From NCBI GenBank assembly GCA_016844925.1, contig JAERTI010000043.1:197110-261109 (forward strand): a stretch of 64,000 nucleotides of DNA, written 5' to 3'. Shown here in pieces: positions 1-9,527 of this stretch (positions are counted from its first letter, which is position 1; each line of letters begins with the position of its first letter). Below the pieces are notes generated by a model. The model was not told where the DNA came from, did no database searches, and saw nothing but the letters and a program-made list of their open reading frames with translations. Both the position numbers and the translations under genes were made by a program. The DNA comes from Candidatus Uhrbacteria bacterium. GTDB taxonomy: Bacteria; Patescibacteriota; Patescibacteriia; UBA9934; GWF2-40-263.

Positions 1-73
1 CGTAGTCCACGCTCGCCTTTTGTGTTACCATAGCGTCACATTGTTCTTTAGCTCCTTATCTTAGCTCTTTTTT

Positions 74-589
74 ATGTCGAATCGACATCTATCACGTACG
101 ATTGCTCTGCAGTCACTTTATCAATGGGACTTTTTAGGCATGCCGGAGGGAAAACTTCCGGAAATTATTGCATTCAACCGAGAGGAGTTTGCACCAAAGT
201 TCGATGATGAGGGGTTTGTAGAGGAGTTAATAGAAGGGGTCATTGATAAGCGAGATGAACTCGATGAGGTCATCGTGCATTTTGCACCGAATTGGCCACT
301 CGATGCGATCACGATTGTTGATCGCAATGTTCTGCGCCTGGGAATCTACGAGTTGAAGATTGCGGAGAAGATTCCTGCCAAGGTGGCTATTAACGAAGCC
401 ATCGAGCTGGCAAAGGGATTCGGAGGTCAGTCCTCTGGTCGTTTTGTGAACGGAGTTCTTGGAGCGATCTATAAGGACATGATGGCACGAGGGGAGATTA
501 AGGAGGTAGATAAGGCGAAAGAGGAGAGTGGGGCTAGTGAGGAGAATAAAGAAGCAGAGCCCAGCGATGCTGGGTCCGCCGAAAAGTAA
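74..589 (+). CDS. nusB: Transcription antitermination factor NusB
   Basis: [41 protein letters not shown] motifs. Confidence 0.96.
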   Translation: MSNRHLSRTIALQSLYQWDFLGMPEGKLPEIIAFNREEFAPKFDDEGFVEELIEGVIDKRDELDEVIVHFAPNWPLDAITIVDRNVLRLGIYELKIAEKIPAKVAINEAIELAKGFGGQSSGRFVNGVLGAIYKDMMARGEIKEVDKAKEESGASEENKEAEPSDAGSAEK

Positions 590-598
590 CAATCAACT

Positions 599-1291
599 AT
601 GAAAGAAGATTTCAGCGAGTTGGAGCAGGCGATTGGGGTAACGTTTCAAAACAAAGACATGTTACGCCAGGCGCTTGTTCACCGCTCATACCTAAACGAA
701 CATCCAGATTTTCCACTCGGACACAACGAACGATTGGAGTTTCTGGGAGATGCCGTGATGGAGCTGGTGGTGACAGAATATCTCTACGAGAATTATGAGA
801 ACCCAGAAGGGGAGCTCACCAACTGGCGCGCTGCGCTTGTGAACTCAGAGATGATCGCCAAGCTTAATGATGAGCTTGGAGCCGAGCCATACCTTCACCT
901 TTCCAAGGGGGAGTCCAAGGACAAGAACTCAAAGGCGCGTAAGTATATTCTTGCCAATGCCTATGAGGCGATCATTGGAGCAATTTACCTAGATGCGGGT
1001 TGGGATGCAGCGAAAGAGTTCATTCTCAAGCGCGTCAAAAAAGAGCTGCCCATTATTTTGGAGAAGCGGTTGTATATCGATCCAAAGAGTCGGTTCCAGG
1101 AATCAGCTCAGGAGCACTTGGGCATTACGCCATCGTATAAAGTTCTCTCTGAGACGGGACCTGATCACGAGAAAGTGTTCGAGGTTGGTGTCTATCTTGG
1201 GAAGACTAAGGTGGCAACGGGATCTGGAACAAGTAAGCACGAGGCTCAGGTGGCGGCTGCGACGGCAGGGATTGAGCTCAAGGGCTGGTAG
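599..1291 (+). CDS. rnc: Ribonuclease III
   Basis: NERLEFLGDAV signature; C-terminal dsRBD (DPKSRFQE...GPDHEK.F...GSG.SK). Confidence 0.97.
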   Translation: MKEDFSELEQAIGVTFQNKDMLRQALVHRSYLNEHPDFPLGHNERLEFLGDAVMELVVTEYLYENYENPEGELTNWRAALVNSEMIAKLNDELGAEPYLHLSKGESKDKNSKARKYILANAYEAIIGAIYLDAGWDAAKEFILKRVKKELPIILEKRLYIDPKSRFQESAQEHLGITPSYKVLSETGPDHEKVFEVGVYLGKTKVATGSGTSKHEAQVAAATAGIELKGW

Positions 1292-1322
1292 AAATAAAAA
1301 ACTCCGACGTTCGTTCGGAGTC

Positions 1323-1349
1323 GACCGACCCCGTGAGGGTCGGTTTTTG
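1323..1349 (+). terminator. Intrinsic terminator after rnc
   Basis: GACCGACCC-CGTGA-GGGTCGGTT followed by a T tract. Confidence 0.7.
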
Positions 1350-1363
1350 ATTGGAGTCCAGTT

Positions 1364-1774
1364 CTAGGTGCTGAGGCGACCGAAGCGGCGGAAGTTGCCG
1401 GAGGTCAGAACCTTCTCGATCGGGGCCTCGATGATGCCCTTGGTGCTGTTGGCGGCGTGGATGAAGCTCAGTCGATCTTCAGCAACGACTCCGACGTGGC
1501 CGATGTGGTCCGGAGGAAGGTTGGCTACATCCTGGTAGCACTTTCCCCTCATGAAAATCAGATCGCCAGGGCGTATATCGCCTTGCTGAATCCTGATCAT
1601 CACTGCTGCCTGTTGGGCAGCCTTGCGGGGGAGTTCTACACCGAACTGGCCGTGGAGCCATTGTGTGAAGCTGGAGCAGTCGACGATGTCTGGGGCCCAT
1701 TCGGGCAGGGCCATGAGCTGGTAACGACCCAGCCCGATTCGACTGCGTGCCAGTCGAACAAGTTGCAAGTTCAT
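1364..1774 (-). CDS. NlpC/P60 family cysteine peptidase
   Basis: DCSSF, LPR.A.QQ, PGDLIF, GHVG, IHA catalytic motifs. Confidence 0.88.
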   Translation of the reverse strand: MNLQLVRLARSRIGLGRYQLMALPEWAPDIVDCSSFTQWLHGQFGVELPRKAAQQAAVMIRIQQGDIRPGDLIFMRGKCYQDVANLPPDHIGHVGVVAEDRLSFIHAANSTKGIIEAPIEKVLTSGNFRRFGRLST

Positions 1775-1860
1775 GGGTACCTCCGATCCGATGGCAGGAT
1801 AAACAAACTAGTCCTTCGCGTCAAAAAGAAAAACACCACGCGGGGCGTGGTGGCGTTGGC

Positions 1861-2940
1861 CTAGAGGTCCAGGCCGAAGATGCGGTTGAATTCGTGCCGA
1901 CTGATGCCCATCCTGAGTCCCCAGTAGGCGAGGTAGTCCTGGGGGCAAAGCAGGAGGTTGTTTGCAAGACCCAGGTAGGAAGCATCAAGCGCCAAGAAGG
2001 CGTGAATGGTCGTGACACCGACACGTTTGAAGTCGATGTGGCACCCAGAGCAGCCGAAGATGATTTCTCCGAAAAGGTGGGGGTCCATGTCCCACTCCTT
2101 CAGAGTGTTGACGAGGGCCGTCCGGCGTTTCATCATGAGTCCCTCATTCTCACCCTTGCGGACGCGCACTCGATCCCGTGTCGGTCGACCGAAGCGCTTG
2201 TAGAGCCTCTCCCGGGCTTCGCGCTTGCGCTGCACCAGGTCTCGTTCCATGTTGAGCCCCTTGGGCGCCTCCCAGTTGTCGGGGAGGTGCATGGCCGCGT
2301 GCAGGACCGGGACGTGCTCTGCCAGATCTCTCTGGAGCGTGATCGTGTCACGCGTGTTGCGCGCCGGGTCCCTCATCAGGAGCTCGCCGACCCAGTTGGC
2401 CTGGTTGATCAGGCCGCCGTCCTTGATCCGGTAGAAGGGGGAGTGACGGAACGGGTTACCTGTCTTGCTCACGTCGCCGAATGCCGTGATTGGCTGTGCA
2501 AGTGCCGTGAGCACGACGGGGTCGAGTAGGTACACAGGGCGCCAGCCGAAGTCCCAGGCGTCGAAGTCGGGCGGGAAGCCCGTGCGCACCAAGAGGGTGT
2601 AGACCAGACGCTGCAGTTTTCTGTGGTGCTGCCCCCAGTCGAATCGGAAGAGTTCTCCGCACAGGCGGACACCCCACTGCTTGAGCGTACCGATGATCTC
2701 CGTGGGGAGCTCGGCCTGCTCGATGGGGGTGTTGCAGAAGGTGAGCACCTCTTCTTCACTGAGACGAAGTTCACCGGAGTGAACGACGGCTCCCAGCCTC
2801 CCTTCGCGTCCCAGTTGCAGGGCACGCAGCACGAGCTTGTGCTGAGGTCCGTTGCGCTTGCCACGGCGGAGGAGATCGTAGAACTGGTGCCAGGCGTCGC
2901 TGGCGGTCAGTTTGTTTCGGTCAGTTTCAGAGCTAAGCAT
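1861..2940 (-). CDS. Hypothetical protein with degenerate RNA polymerase alpha-CTD-like repeats
   Basis: 359-aa ORF; TPIEQAELPTEIIGTLKQWGVRLCGEL and C-terminal DYLAYWGLRMG resemble the alpha-CTD pattern. Confidence 0.55.
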   Translation of the reverse strand: MLSSETDRNKLTASDAWHQFYDLLRRGKRNGPQHKLVLRALQLGREGRLGAVVHSGELRLSEEEVLTFCNTPIEQAELPTEIIGTLKQWGVRLCGELFRFDWGQHHRKLQRLVYTLLVRTGFPPDFDAWDFGWRPVYLLDPVVLTALAQPITAFGDVSKTGNPFRHSPFYRIKDGGLINQANWVGELLMRDPARNTRDTITLQRDLAEHVPVLHAAMHLPDNWEAPKGLNMERDLVQRKREARERLYKRFGRPTRDRVRVRKGENEGLMMKRRTALVNTLKEWDMDPHLFGEIIFGCSGCHIDFKRVGVTTIHAFLALDASYLGLANNLLLCPQDYLAYWGLRMGISRHEFNRIFGLDL

Positions 2941-3117
2941 GGCTCTCTCGGTGTTGGAAGGTTCAATCGACGGGGCTAGCGTCGAACCACAGTGCCGTGT
3001 CGCCGCGGGGTTAGCGCATACGATCTGGTGGGCAATGCGTTGATAGTTAATAGGATGGAGGACCTGATGTCAATAAAATCAGCAACAAAAATACCCCGTC
3101 TAAAGACGAGGTATTTT

Positions 3118-3194
3118 TGGTACACCGGGTGGGATTCGAACCCACGGCCAAGAGATTAAGAGTCTCCTGCTCTGACCAACTGAGCTACCGGTGC
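3118..3194 (-). tRNA. tRNA-Lys(CTT)
   Basis: Reverse complement GCACCGGTAGCTCAGTTGG...GAGA-CT-CTT-AA-TCTC...GGTTCGAATCCC...CCA. Confidence 0.95.
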
Positions 3195-3264
3195 ATGTCG
3201 ACGGCCTTAGTATGCCAGGAGGATTGACGAACGTCAAGATATGGGCTATTATCCCCCTCGCAAT

Positions 3265-3341
3265 GCAGGCGTAGCTCAGCTGGATAGAGCACTTGTCTTC
3301 GGAACAAGGGGTCGGGGGTTCGAATCCTCCCGCCTGCACCA
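3265..3341 (+). tRNA. tRNA-Arg(TCG)
   Basis: GCAGGCGTAGCTCAGCTGGATAGAGC, anticodon arm CTTGT-CT-TCG-GA-ACAAG, GGTTCGAATCC, CCA end. Confidence 0.95.
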
Positions 3342-3406
3342 CAAAACACATCCCTCAAGGGGTGTGTTTTGTTGTAATTAAAAACTCGCCGGTGTGGCGA
3401 GGTGGC

Positions 3407-3649
3407 CTAGTTCAGACCAAGAGCAGCGTAGGGGCGCTTTCGTCTCTGGATGTCAGTCCAGATGATGTGGGTGGCTTTGCCGAAACGGTGAGTCTCCAGG
3501 CAACCAACCAATGAGCCGAAGCAGAAGAACAGGATCTGGCCCAGGTTCTCCGCTGGCTCAAGGATCAGTACCAGTGCCGGCATGACCGCGGCGAAGATCA
3601 TGAACGCTGTGCACAGGCCCATGAGTGCAAGAAAGATGTAGTTGAACAC
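3407..3649 (-). CDS. Small membrane protein, hypothetical
   Basis: 80 aa with two hydrophobic segments; AAGGGAG SD before GTG. Confidence 0.55.
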   Translation of the reverse strand: MFNYIFLALMGLCTAFMIFAAVMPALVLILEPAENLGQILFFCFGSLVGCLETHRFGKATHIIWTDIQRRKRPYAALGLN

Positions 3650-3730
3650 AGAACTCCCTTCGAGGATTTCTCATATGGCAGCCTAGCAATACGGAAAGAA
3701 AAAAGCGAGCTTGCGTGGCTCGCGAGGGTC

Positions 3731-4444
3731 CTAGGGGTAGGGCAGCCGCTGGGGGCAGCCGATACGGGCCCAGGTGGGGAATGGGATGCGGACGCGGCAG
3801 GAACGGTTCTTGATCCTGCAGTGCAGGTTGTCGTTGGTGCCGGTCTTGTCCATGGGGCAGATGCAGGTGGCACGGTGGATTCCCGGGGGGAGATCCGTGA
3901 AGCTCACCATCTGCATGCCGTGACGCTGTCCGGTGTGGATGGCGTGGATGTTGGTGGTGGTCGCCAGGATGTTCTTGTCCCGGTGCGTGTGAAGCAGTCG
4001 GCGGTAGAGCGCGTCGCCGATGGGCATGGCCTTGGGGCCGCGTGCCTTGTAGCGATGGTCCGGGACCACCACGAAGGTGCCCAGCTCGTACCACATCTGT
4101 CCGGTGTGATCACGACCGAGATCCCAGAGCACGATGCAGCCCACCACGCGACCGCGTTCGGTCGTGTCGATGGCGAGCGTGACGCGACCCTCGCGCGCCG
4201 CCGGCTCCAACTGTTCGCGCGTCTTGGTGAGCAGGTGGGGCTCAGCGCCGGTGATGTCTTCGATCTGGGTGTACCAGGCGTCGTCACGGGTGAGAGTGCC
4301 AGCATCTGAGACGTATCGGATGCCGGGCGTCTGCCGCTCGCCCAAGTGCTGCAGCACGGTGGCACCAGCCGGGCTGGTGCGCAGTGCGGTCCTCATATCT
4401 GCCGGCACAACGCCGGTCACTGCCTCGAACATCTGAGAAATCAT
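3731..4444 (-). CDS. GNAT acetyltransferase, ArgA-like, with Cys-rich C-terminus
   Basis: VVGCIVL...YELGTFVVVPDHR...IGDALY GNAT motif A; AAGGAG SD. Confidence 0.75.
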   Translation of the reverse strand: MISQMFEAVTGVVPADMRTALRTSPAGATVLQHLGERQTPGIRYVSDAGTLTRDDAWYTQIEDITGAEPHLLTKTREQLEPAAREGRVTLAIDTTERGRVVGCIVLWDLGRDHTGQMWYELGTFVVVPDHRYKARGPKAMPIGDALYRRLLHTHRDKNILATTTNIHAIHTGQRHGMQMVSFTDLPPGIHRATCICPMDKTGTNDNLHCRIKNRSCRVRIPFPTWARIGCPQRLPYP

Positions 4445-4483
4445 CCCGTCTCCTTGGTCCTTGCTTCAGCTTCTGAAATAGCT

Positions 4484-4513
4484 AAACAAGAAAACCTCCC
4501 ATGCAGGGAGGCT
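4484..4513 (-). terminator. Attenuator terminator between Lys-rich leader and GNAT
   Basis: Minus strand AGCCTCCC-TGCAT-GGGAGGTT-TTCTTGTTT. Confidence 0.7.
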
Positions 4514-4541
4514 CTCTTTTAGCACGAATGTTCTTCGAGCA

Positions 4542-4607
4542 TCAAATAGAGACTCCCATGGAGAGAGGCTTTTTGCTGCTCTTCTTCTTTGCAGAAGTGA
4601 AATTCAT
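4542..4607 (-). CDS. Putative Lys/Ser-rich leader peptide MNFTSAKKKSSKKPLSMGVSI
   Basis: Translated by hand; AAG AAG AAG AGC AGC AAA AAG run; followed by a terminator and then the GNAT gene. Confidence 0.65.
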   Translation of the reverse strand: MNFTSAKKKSSKKPLSMGVSI

Positions 4608-4667
4608 ACCAAAGACAGTCTTACATAGCTTGGCAGATACGGCAAGCTCCCGTATCCTTTTGTCTGT

Positions 4668-5546
4668 ATGAAACAGATCGGTGATCACATTTGGCAGATC
4701 TCAGCCAAGGCTGAGGGGCCGCACCTCATGATTATTGGCGGAACGCACGGAAACGAGCGGACGGGTGTTGAAGTTGTACGTGCTTTGGTGGATAAGGGGC
4801 TTTCTCTTGAGGCTGGAACACTGACGCTCGCGCTTGGGAATTTGAAGGCTATTGAAATTAATGAGCGTTGCAGTGAGCCTCATGTAGATTTGAATCGGTC
4901 CTATGCAGAGGATTTGCTGGAGAGGGAGCCGAAGGGGTCCTATGAGGATCAGCGCGCACGAGAGCTTGCTCCACACATTGCAGCAGCCGATTACGTGATT
5001 GACATTCACGCAACAAACAAACCTTCAGAAGCGTTCATCTGCTCACTCTTTGCGCCAGAGCATCTTCGCCTCCACGACTTCTTTCCGGTGAGTAAGGTTC
5101 TTGGTGATCCTGAGTATATTCTCGGTGGCGCACCTGTGACGACAGACGAATACGCTGATGCATTTGGCGGAGCTGGTATTTGCTATGAGACAGGACAGGC
5201 TGGTGACACAAGTCGTGTGCAGGAAGTTCTGGAAGAAATGCTTGGTGTCATGAAGGGGCTTGGTCTTACAGGTGACGGTGGAGTCTCTTCTCCCGTAGGG
5301 GGTAAAGAGTACTACACGCTCTCACACAGAATTCTTTTGACAGAAGCCGGCTTCACATGGGAGTCGGGGTACGGTAACGGATCCTGGGAGGCGTTTACGA
5401 CAGGTCAGGTTATTGGTCATCACGGCGATGAGCCACTTACGGCTGAGTATGATGGCGTCGTCGTGTTCCCAAAGATCGATAAGCACTGGCAGCTAGGATC
5501 CTCGGTAGGGTACCTGGCAAAGCGCATTGAAATTGATACTAACTGA
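4668..5546 (+). CDS. Succinylglutamate desuccinylase/aspartoacylase family (M14-like) deacylase
   Basis: GGTHGNE, DLNR, IDIH, YETG zinc/catalytic motifs. Confidence 0.9.
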   Translation: MKQIGDHIWQISAKAEGPHLMIIGGTHGNERTGVEVVRALVDKGLSLEAGTLTLALGNLKAIEINERCSEPHVDLNRSYAEDLLEREPKGSYEDQRARELAPHIAAADYVIDIHATNKPSEAFICSLFAPEHLRLHDFFPVSKVLGDPEYILGGAPVTTDEYADAFGGAGICYETGQAGDTSRVQEVLEEMLGVMKGLGLTGDGGVSSPVGGKEYYTLSHRILLTEAGFTWESGYGNGSWEAFTTGQVIGHHGDEPLTAEYDGVVVFPKIDKHWQLGSSVGYLAKRIEIDTN

Positions 5547-5547
5547 T

Positions 5548-6825
5548 ATGAAGTACTCAACATTATTTGGAAAGACAACCAAGGAGGCACCACATGACGC
5601 GGATAGTCCAAACGCGCGTCTTCTGACACAGGCTGGGTATATTCATCAGCTTATGGCTGGTGCCTACACCTATCTCCCACTTGGCCTACGAACTCTTAAA
5701 AAGATTCAGCAGATCGTCCGTGAAGAAATGGATGCGATCGGCGGGCAAGAGATCTCCGTTCCAATGCTCACGCCAAAGAAGGTGTGGGAGGACACCGGGC
5801 GCTGGGGGATCGACGTGTTGTATCGCTTTGAAGGTGCTGGCGGAAAGGAGATGGCACTCGCAGCAACGGCTGAGGATATGGTTACGCCGCTCGTAAAGTC
5901 GTTTACAAGCTCGTACAAAGATTTTCCTGTGCTCGTGTACCAGATGAACGACAAGTTCCGCAACGAGCCACGGGCGAAGTCGGGGCTCTTGCGTGGGCGT
6001 GAGTTCAACATGAAGGATCTCTATTCATTTCACCTCACCCAAGAGGGGTTCGAGGAGTTCTATGAGAAGTCTAAGGGTGCTTACCTGAACGTCTATCAAC
6101 GTTGTGGCCTCGATGCCATGGTGGTGAAGGCTAGTGGCGGAGACTTCACGGAGAAGTTCTCTCATGAGTTCCAGGTGAAGACCGAGGCTGGTGAGGATCG
6201 AGTGTACGTCGACAAAGAATCCGGTGACGCACTGAACCGAGAGGTGGTGCCAGAAGAGGACTGGGAGAATACAGACAAGTACGATATTCATAAGACCATC
6301 GAGGTGGGAAACATCTTCCCGCTTGAGACACGCTTCTCGGACGCGATTAAGTTCACGGTGCAGGGAGCCGATGGTTCTCCTCAGAAAGTGATCATGGGGT
6401 CATACGGCATTGGTCCATCTCGTGTGATGGGATCGATTGTGGAAGTCCATCATGACGAGAAAGGGATTCGCTGGCCAAAGGCTGTGGCACCGTTCCATGT
6501 GTACATGGCAAGTCTCTCGAGCAAGGATGAGGCCGTGCAAGCGCGCATCGACGAAGTGGCTGCTGGGCTCCATGACGAGCTTGAGGCAGCGGGCGTAGAG
6601 GTGCTCTGGGATGAGCGCAACACACGTCCTGGATCGAAGTTTGCTGATGCAGACCTTATCGGGCTGCCACTGCGCTTGGTGGTCTCAGAGAAGACCCTCG
6701 CGGAGAACGCTGTTGAGTGGAAGGAGCGTCATGAAGATGAAGCTCGCCTGGTGGGCATCGATGATTTGGTTGAGCAGGCAAAGCAGTGGCTTGCGGCACC
6801 AGAGAGGCTTACGTCACACGAATAA
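5548..6825 (+). CDS. proS: Proline--tRNA ligase, short form lacking the editing insertion
   Basis: KFRNEPR.KSGLLRGREF.MKDLYSF, MGSYGIG.SR, anticodon domain KFADADLIGLP. Confidence 0.96.
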   Translation: MKYSTLFGKTTKEAPHDADSPNARLLTQAGYIHQLMAGAYTYLPLGLRTLKKIQQIVREEMDAIGGQEISVPMLTPKKVWEDTGRWGIDVLYRFEGAGGKEMALAATAEDMVTPLVKSFTSSYKDFPVLVYQMNDKFRNEPRAKSGLLRGREFNMKDLYSFHLTQEGFEEFYEKSKGAYLNVYQRCGLDAMVVKASGGDFTEKFSHEFQVKTEAGEDRVYVDKESGDALNREVVPEEDWENTDKYDIHKTIEVGNIFPLETRFSDAIKFTVQGADGSPQKVIMGSYGIGPSRVMGSIVEVHHDEKGIRWPKAVAPFHVYMASLSSKDEAVQARIDEVAAGLHDELEAAGVEVLWDERNTRPGSKFADADLIGLPLRLVVSEKTLAENAVEWKERHEDEARLVGIDDLVEQAKQWLAAPERLTSHE

Positions 6826-6854
6826 GTAAAAACAGGCTTCGGCCTGTTTTTTGA

Positions 6855-8207
6855 TTAGCGTCGCCTAAGGTCATCGCAGAGACGTTGTTTATCGAAGGTG
6901 AATTCCTCACCGAGGATTTTGATCAACTGCTCTGCGTCCTCTATGCCGCTTTGTAGACAAATGGACGCTCCGGGAGATGGGGTGATGTTAAAGACGACGC
7001 GCTTACCAGTGATCTTTGCCGAGCCCATCTGTAAGTTCTTTGTGTTTGTGTTAACGATTTGTGGACGTACGCCGCCATAGCCTTTGGCAAAGCGAATGTC
7101 TTTGTGTGTCATTGAGGGGATGATGTGTTGAACTTGCTTCACAAACAGACGACGACCTAGACCTGGAATGTCGTAGAGGAAGTTGCGGATGACGTAGCGA
7201 AAAAGAATAGGGTCCGAGATAATGTTCAAGAGCGAGAGGATGGCATCGAGGCGAAGGCGGAAGAGTTTCATGAAGTCGATGAATGACTTTGGGTTTCCAC
7301 GCTCGAGCCAGGGGAGGACTTTTGCTGTTGGGCCAAAGCGTGTGAGGGTTCCGTCATTTACTTCTGGGTCACCATGGATGGCGGCGAAGGGGAGTTTTTT
7401 GAGTTGGAGTGTGTAGACTTTTCCATTGAGTAGGCCGCGTATGCGGGAGAAGTAAAAACTACCAAAGACAGGGAGCAAGATGAGCTCACGACCGTAACCT
7501 GAGCGATGAGCGAGCCGGAGGCTGTTTGCACCGGCAGCGATTTCAAGGGCACGTGCTGTGATCATGGTTCCGTCACCAGTTTTGATTTCTGTGTACTCAG
7601 GGTGTTCTCTGAACGATTCGATGCAGCGCTGGAGATACACATCTATGTGTTTCCCTTCAGCATTTCTTGCTCGGGCAACGAATGACTCAGCAAGCTTCCC
7701 GTAGTTCACTGCAAAGCCATCCGTTGAGACAAGACCCAGAAGCGGTACGTGTAAAGGTCGCTCTCGTACAATGTGTGGTTCAAGTTTTATGAGTTCGTCT
7801 CGGTAAGCCTTTCGAAGTTTTGGGAATAGTTCGGCAAAGGTATCGAATCGTTCTTCAAGTTTTTTGACTTCGGTTTCGCCAACACCCAGGACCATCTTGT
7901 GTGTTTTGGTGTAGAGCGCTGGATCAGGATCAATATTTTCGATGTAGCCTGCGACAAGGTCTGCCCCGCGTTTCACTCGTGAGGCTTTTTCAAGGGTGTA
8001 GTTTGTTTCGATGTCACCAAAGTGAAGCGTCTGACTGTTGTTTGTGGAGCGGGAATTTACCGATCCGATCTGTCCAGACTTCTCGAATAAGGCTATGCGC
8101 TTTATATTTGTGTAGTTGGCAAGGATATAGAGAAGAGCGGCACCGGTGACGCCACCACCGACAATAACCACATCGTAATCGCGAGTCTGCTGTTGTTGAT
8201 CGTACAT
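6855..8207 (-). CDS. mqo: FAD-dependent oxidoreductase, malate:quinone oxidoreductase-like
   Basis: GGGVTG dinucleotide motif, NNSQTLHFGDIETNY, LPFAAIHGDP, FNITPSPGAS. Confidence 0.75.
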   Translation of the reverse strand: MYDQQQQTRDYDVVIVGGGVTGAALLYILANYTNIKRIALFEKSGQIGSVNSRSTNNSQTLHFGDIETNYTLEKASRVKRGADLVAGYIENIDPDPALYTKTHKMVLGVGETEVKKLEERFDTFAELFPKLRKAYRDELIKLEPHIVRERPLHVPLLGLVSTDGFAVNYGKLAESFVARARNAEGKHIDVYLQRCIESFREHPEYTEIKTGDGTMITARALEIAAGANSLRLAHRSGYGRELILLPVFGSFYFSRIRGLLNGKVYTLQLKKLPFAAIHGDPEVNDGTLTRFGPTAKVLPWLERGNPKSFIDFMKLFRLRLDAILSLLNIISDPILFRYVIRNFLYDIPGLGRRLFVKQVQHIIPSMTHKDIRFAKGYGGVRPQIVNTNTKNLQMGSAKITGKRVVFNITPSPGASICLQSGIEDAEQLIKILGEEFTFDKQRLCDDLRRR

Positions 8208-8284
8208 AGTTTTGATTCGACGTCAGATTGCTGTTACGGTATCACCGACGTTATTCGACTGTCTGTAGTCTTGATTACAATCCT

Positions 8285-8932
8285 ATGCAAGCCTTTTGGC
8301 ACCTCAAACAAACTGACATTTTTTCTGAGATTCCTGATGAGGAAATTAAACAACTCCTCTCAAAAAGCTCTGATGAATGTTTTCATTCCAAGCAAACGAT
8401 TTACACCCCAACGGATTTACAGAAGAAGATTTTTCTTGTGAAGACAGGGGAGGTTACGCTATTCCAGACCAAGGGCGGAAAGAGGATGATTATTGATATT
8501 GTGGCACCAGGTGGACTGTTCGGTGCCTTCGACCCAAGTGCTCTCACACTCGATCATTTTGCACAGGCGGCAGCAGGGACGCGGATTTGTGGGTTTGCCA
8601 CCGAAGATTTTTTAAAGATCCTCTCGACGCATCCAGGTGCCATGCTTAGTACGCTCAAGCAGCTCTCGCAGCGCATCGCAGATTATGAGCAAGTGCTGGT
8701 GGTGTCTCATGGGGAGGCAAAGGAGCGTGTGCTCCAGGCACTGAAGCGATATGCGAGAAAAACGAAACCGTTTCGATTGTTTAAAATGAATGCACAGTGC
8801 GCTCGTCTGACTCATCAAAAGCTGGCGCAGCTCGCCGGACTTAATCGCGTGACCGTCACACGTGTGATTCAGGAGCTTGTTAAAGATGGCATCATTGAAG
8901 TGGACCAAGAGACCAAAGAAATTTGTTTCTAG
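8285..8932 (+). CDS. Crp/Fnr family transcriptional regulator
   Basis: cNMP-binding-like domain (LVKTGEV...PGGLFG) and HTH LTHQKLAQLAGLNRVTVTRVI. Confidence 0.9.
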   Translation: MQAFWHLKQTDIFSEIPDEEIKQLLSKSSDECFHSKQTIYTPTDLQKKIFLVKTGEVTLFQTKGGKRMIIDIVAPGGLFGAFDPSALTLDHFAQAAAGTRICGFATEDFLKILSTHPGAMLSTLKQLSQRIADYEQVLVVSHGEAKERVLQALKRYARKTKPFRLFKMNAQCARLTHQKLAQLAGLNRVTVTRVIQELVKDGIIEVDQETKEICF

Positions 8933-9017
8933 ATGTGGTAGCTCAGGCTACGGAAACAGAAGAACGTGAAGATGTCGGTGGTAGACTTTGTCTATCATTA
9001 ACTCTTCACGATTTTTT

Positions 9018-9458
9018 ATGTCACATTCAGTTGATACGGCCCATGTCCCATCAGGGCTAAAAGGGGGACTCATCGCGGGTATTTTATTCGGAGCCATGAT
9101 GGGCATGATGGGTATGCTTCCTATGGTTGCCATGCTTGTTGGAAGTGAGTCTGCAGGTCTAGGGTTTTTTGTTCATCTGGTTTTTAGTGTTGTCATCGGA
9201 GTGGGATTCGCTCTCGTCTTTGGGCATAAGGCAGCGCGTAAAAGCAGTGACGCCATTACCTGGGGGCTTGTCTATGGATTCATCTGGTGGATCTTGGGTC
9301 CTCTCGTGATTATGCCTGTATGGCTTGGTATGGGGTTGCAACTTTCGCTTGAAGGAGCTCAGATGGCACTTCCAAGTTTGTGGGGTCACCTGGTGTATGG
9401 GTTTGTGCTTGGGCTCATGTACCATCTATCGATCACTAAACTGGATCTTGCTAAATAG
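9018..9458 (+). CDS. Four-TM membrane protein, Met/His-containing
   Basis: Hydrophobic helices, MMGMMGMLPM, HLVFS, GHLVYG; follows the Crp/Fnr gene. Confidence 0.75.
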   Translation: MSHSVDTAHVPSGLKGGLIAGILFGAMMGMMGMLPMVAMLVGSESAGLGFFVHLVFSVVIGVGFALVFGHKAARKSSDAITWGLVYGFIWWILGPLVIMPVWLGMGLQLSLEGAQMALPSLWGHLVYGFVLGLMYHLSITKLDLAK

Positions 9459-9527
9459 GCACACAGAAGGGTCCTTCGCGGGGCCTTTTTTGATAGAAAA
9501 ATCCCCACCGCGTTAGGTGGGGGGTGT

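Noticed and set aside
3100-3514. ORFs 3100..3351 and 3293..3514
   Set aside because: Overlap the tRNA genes; spurious translations
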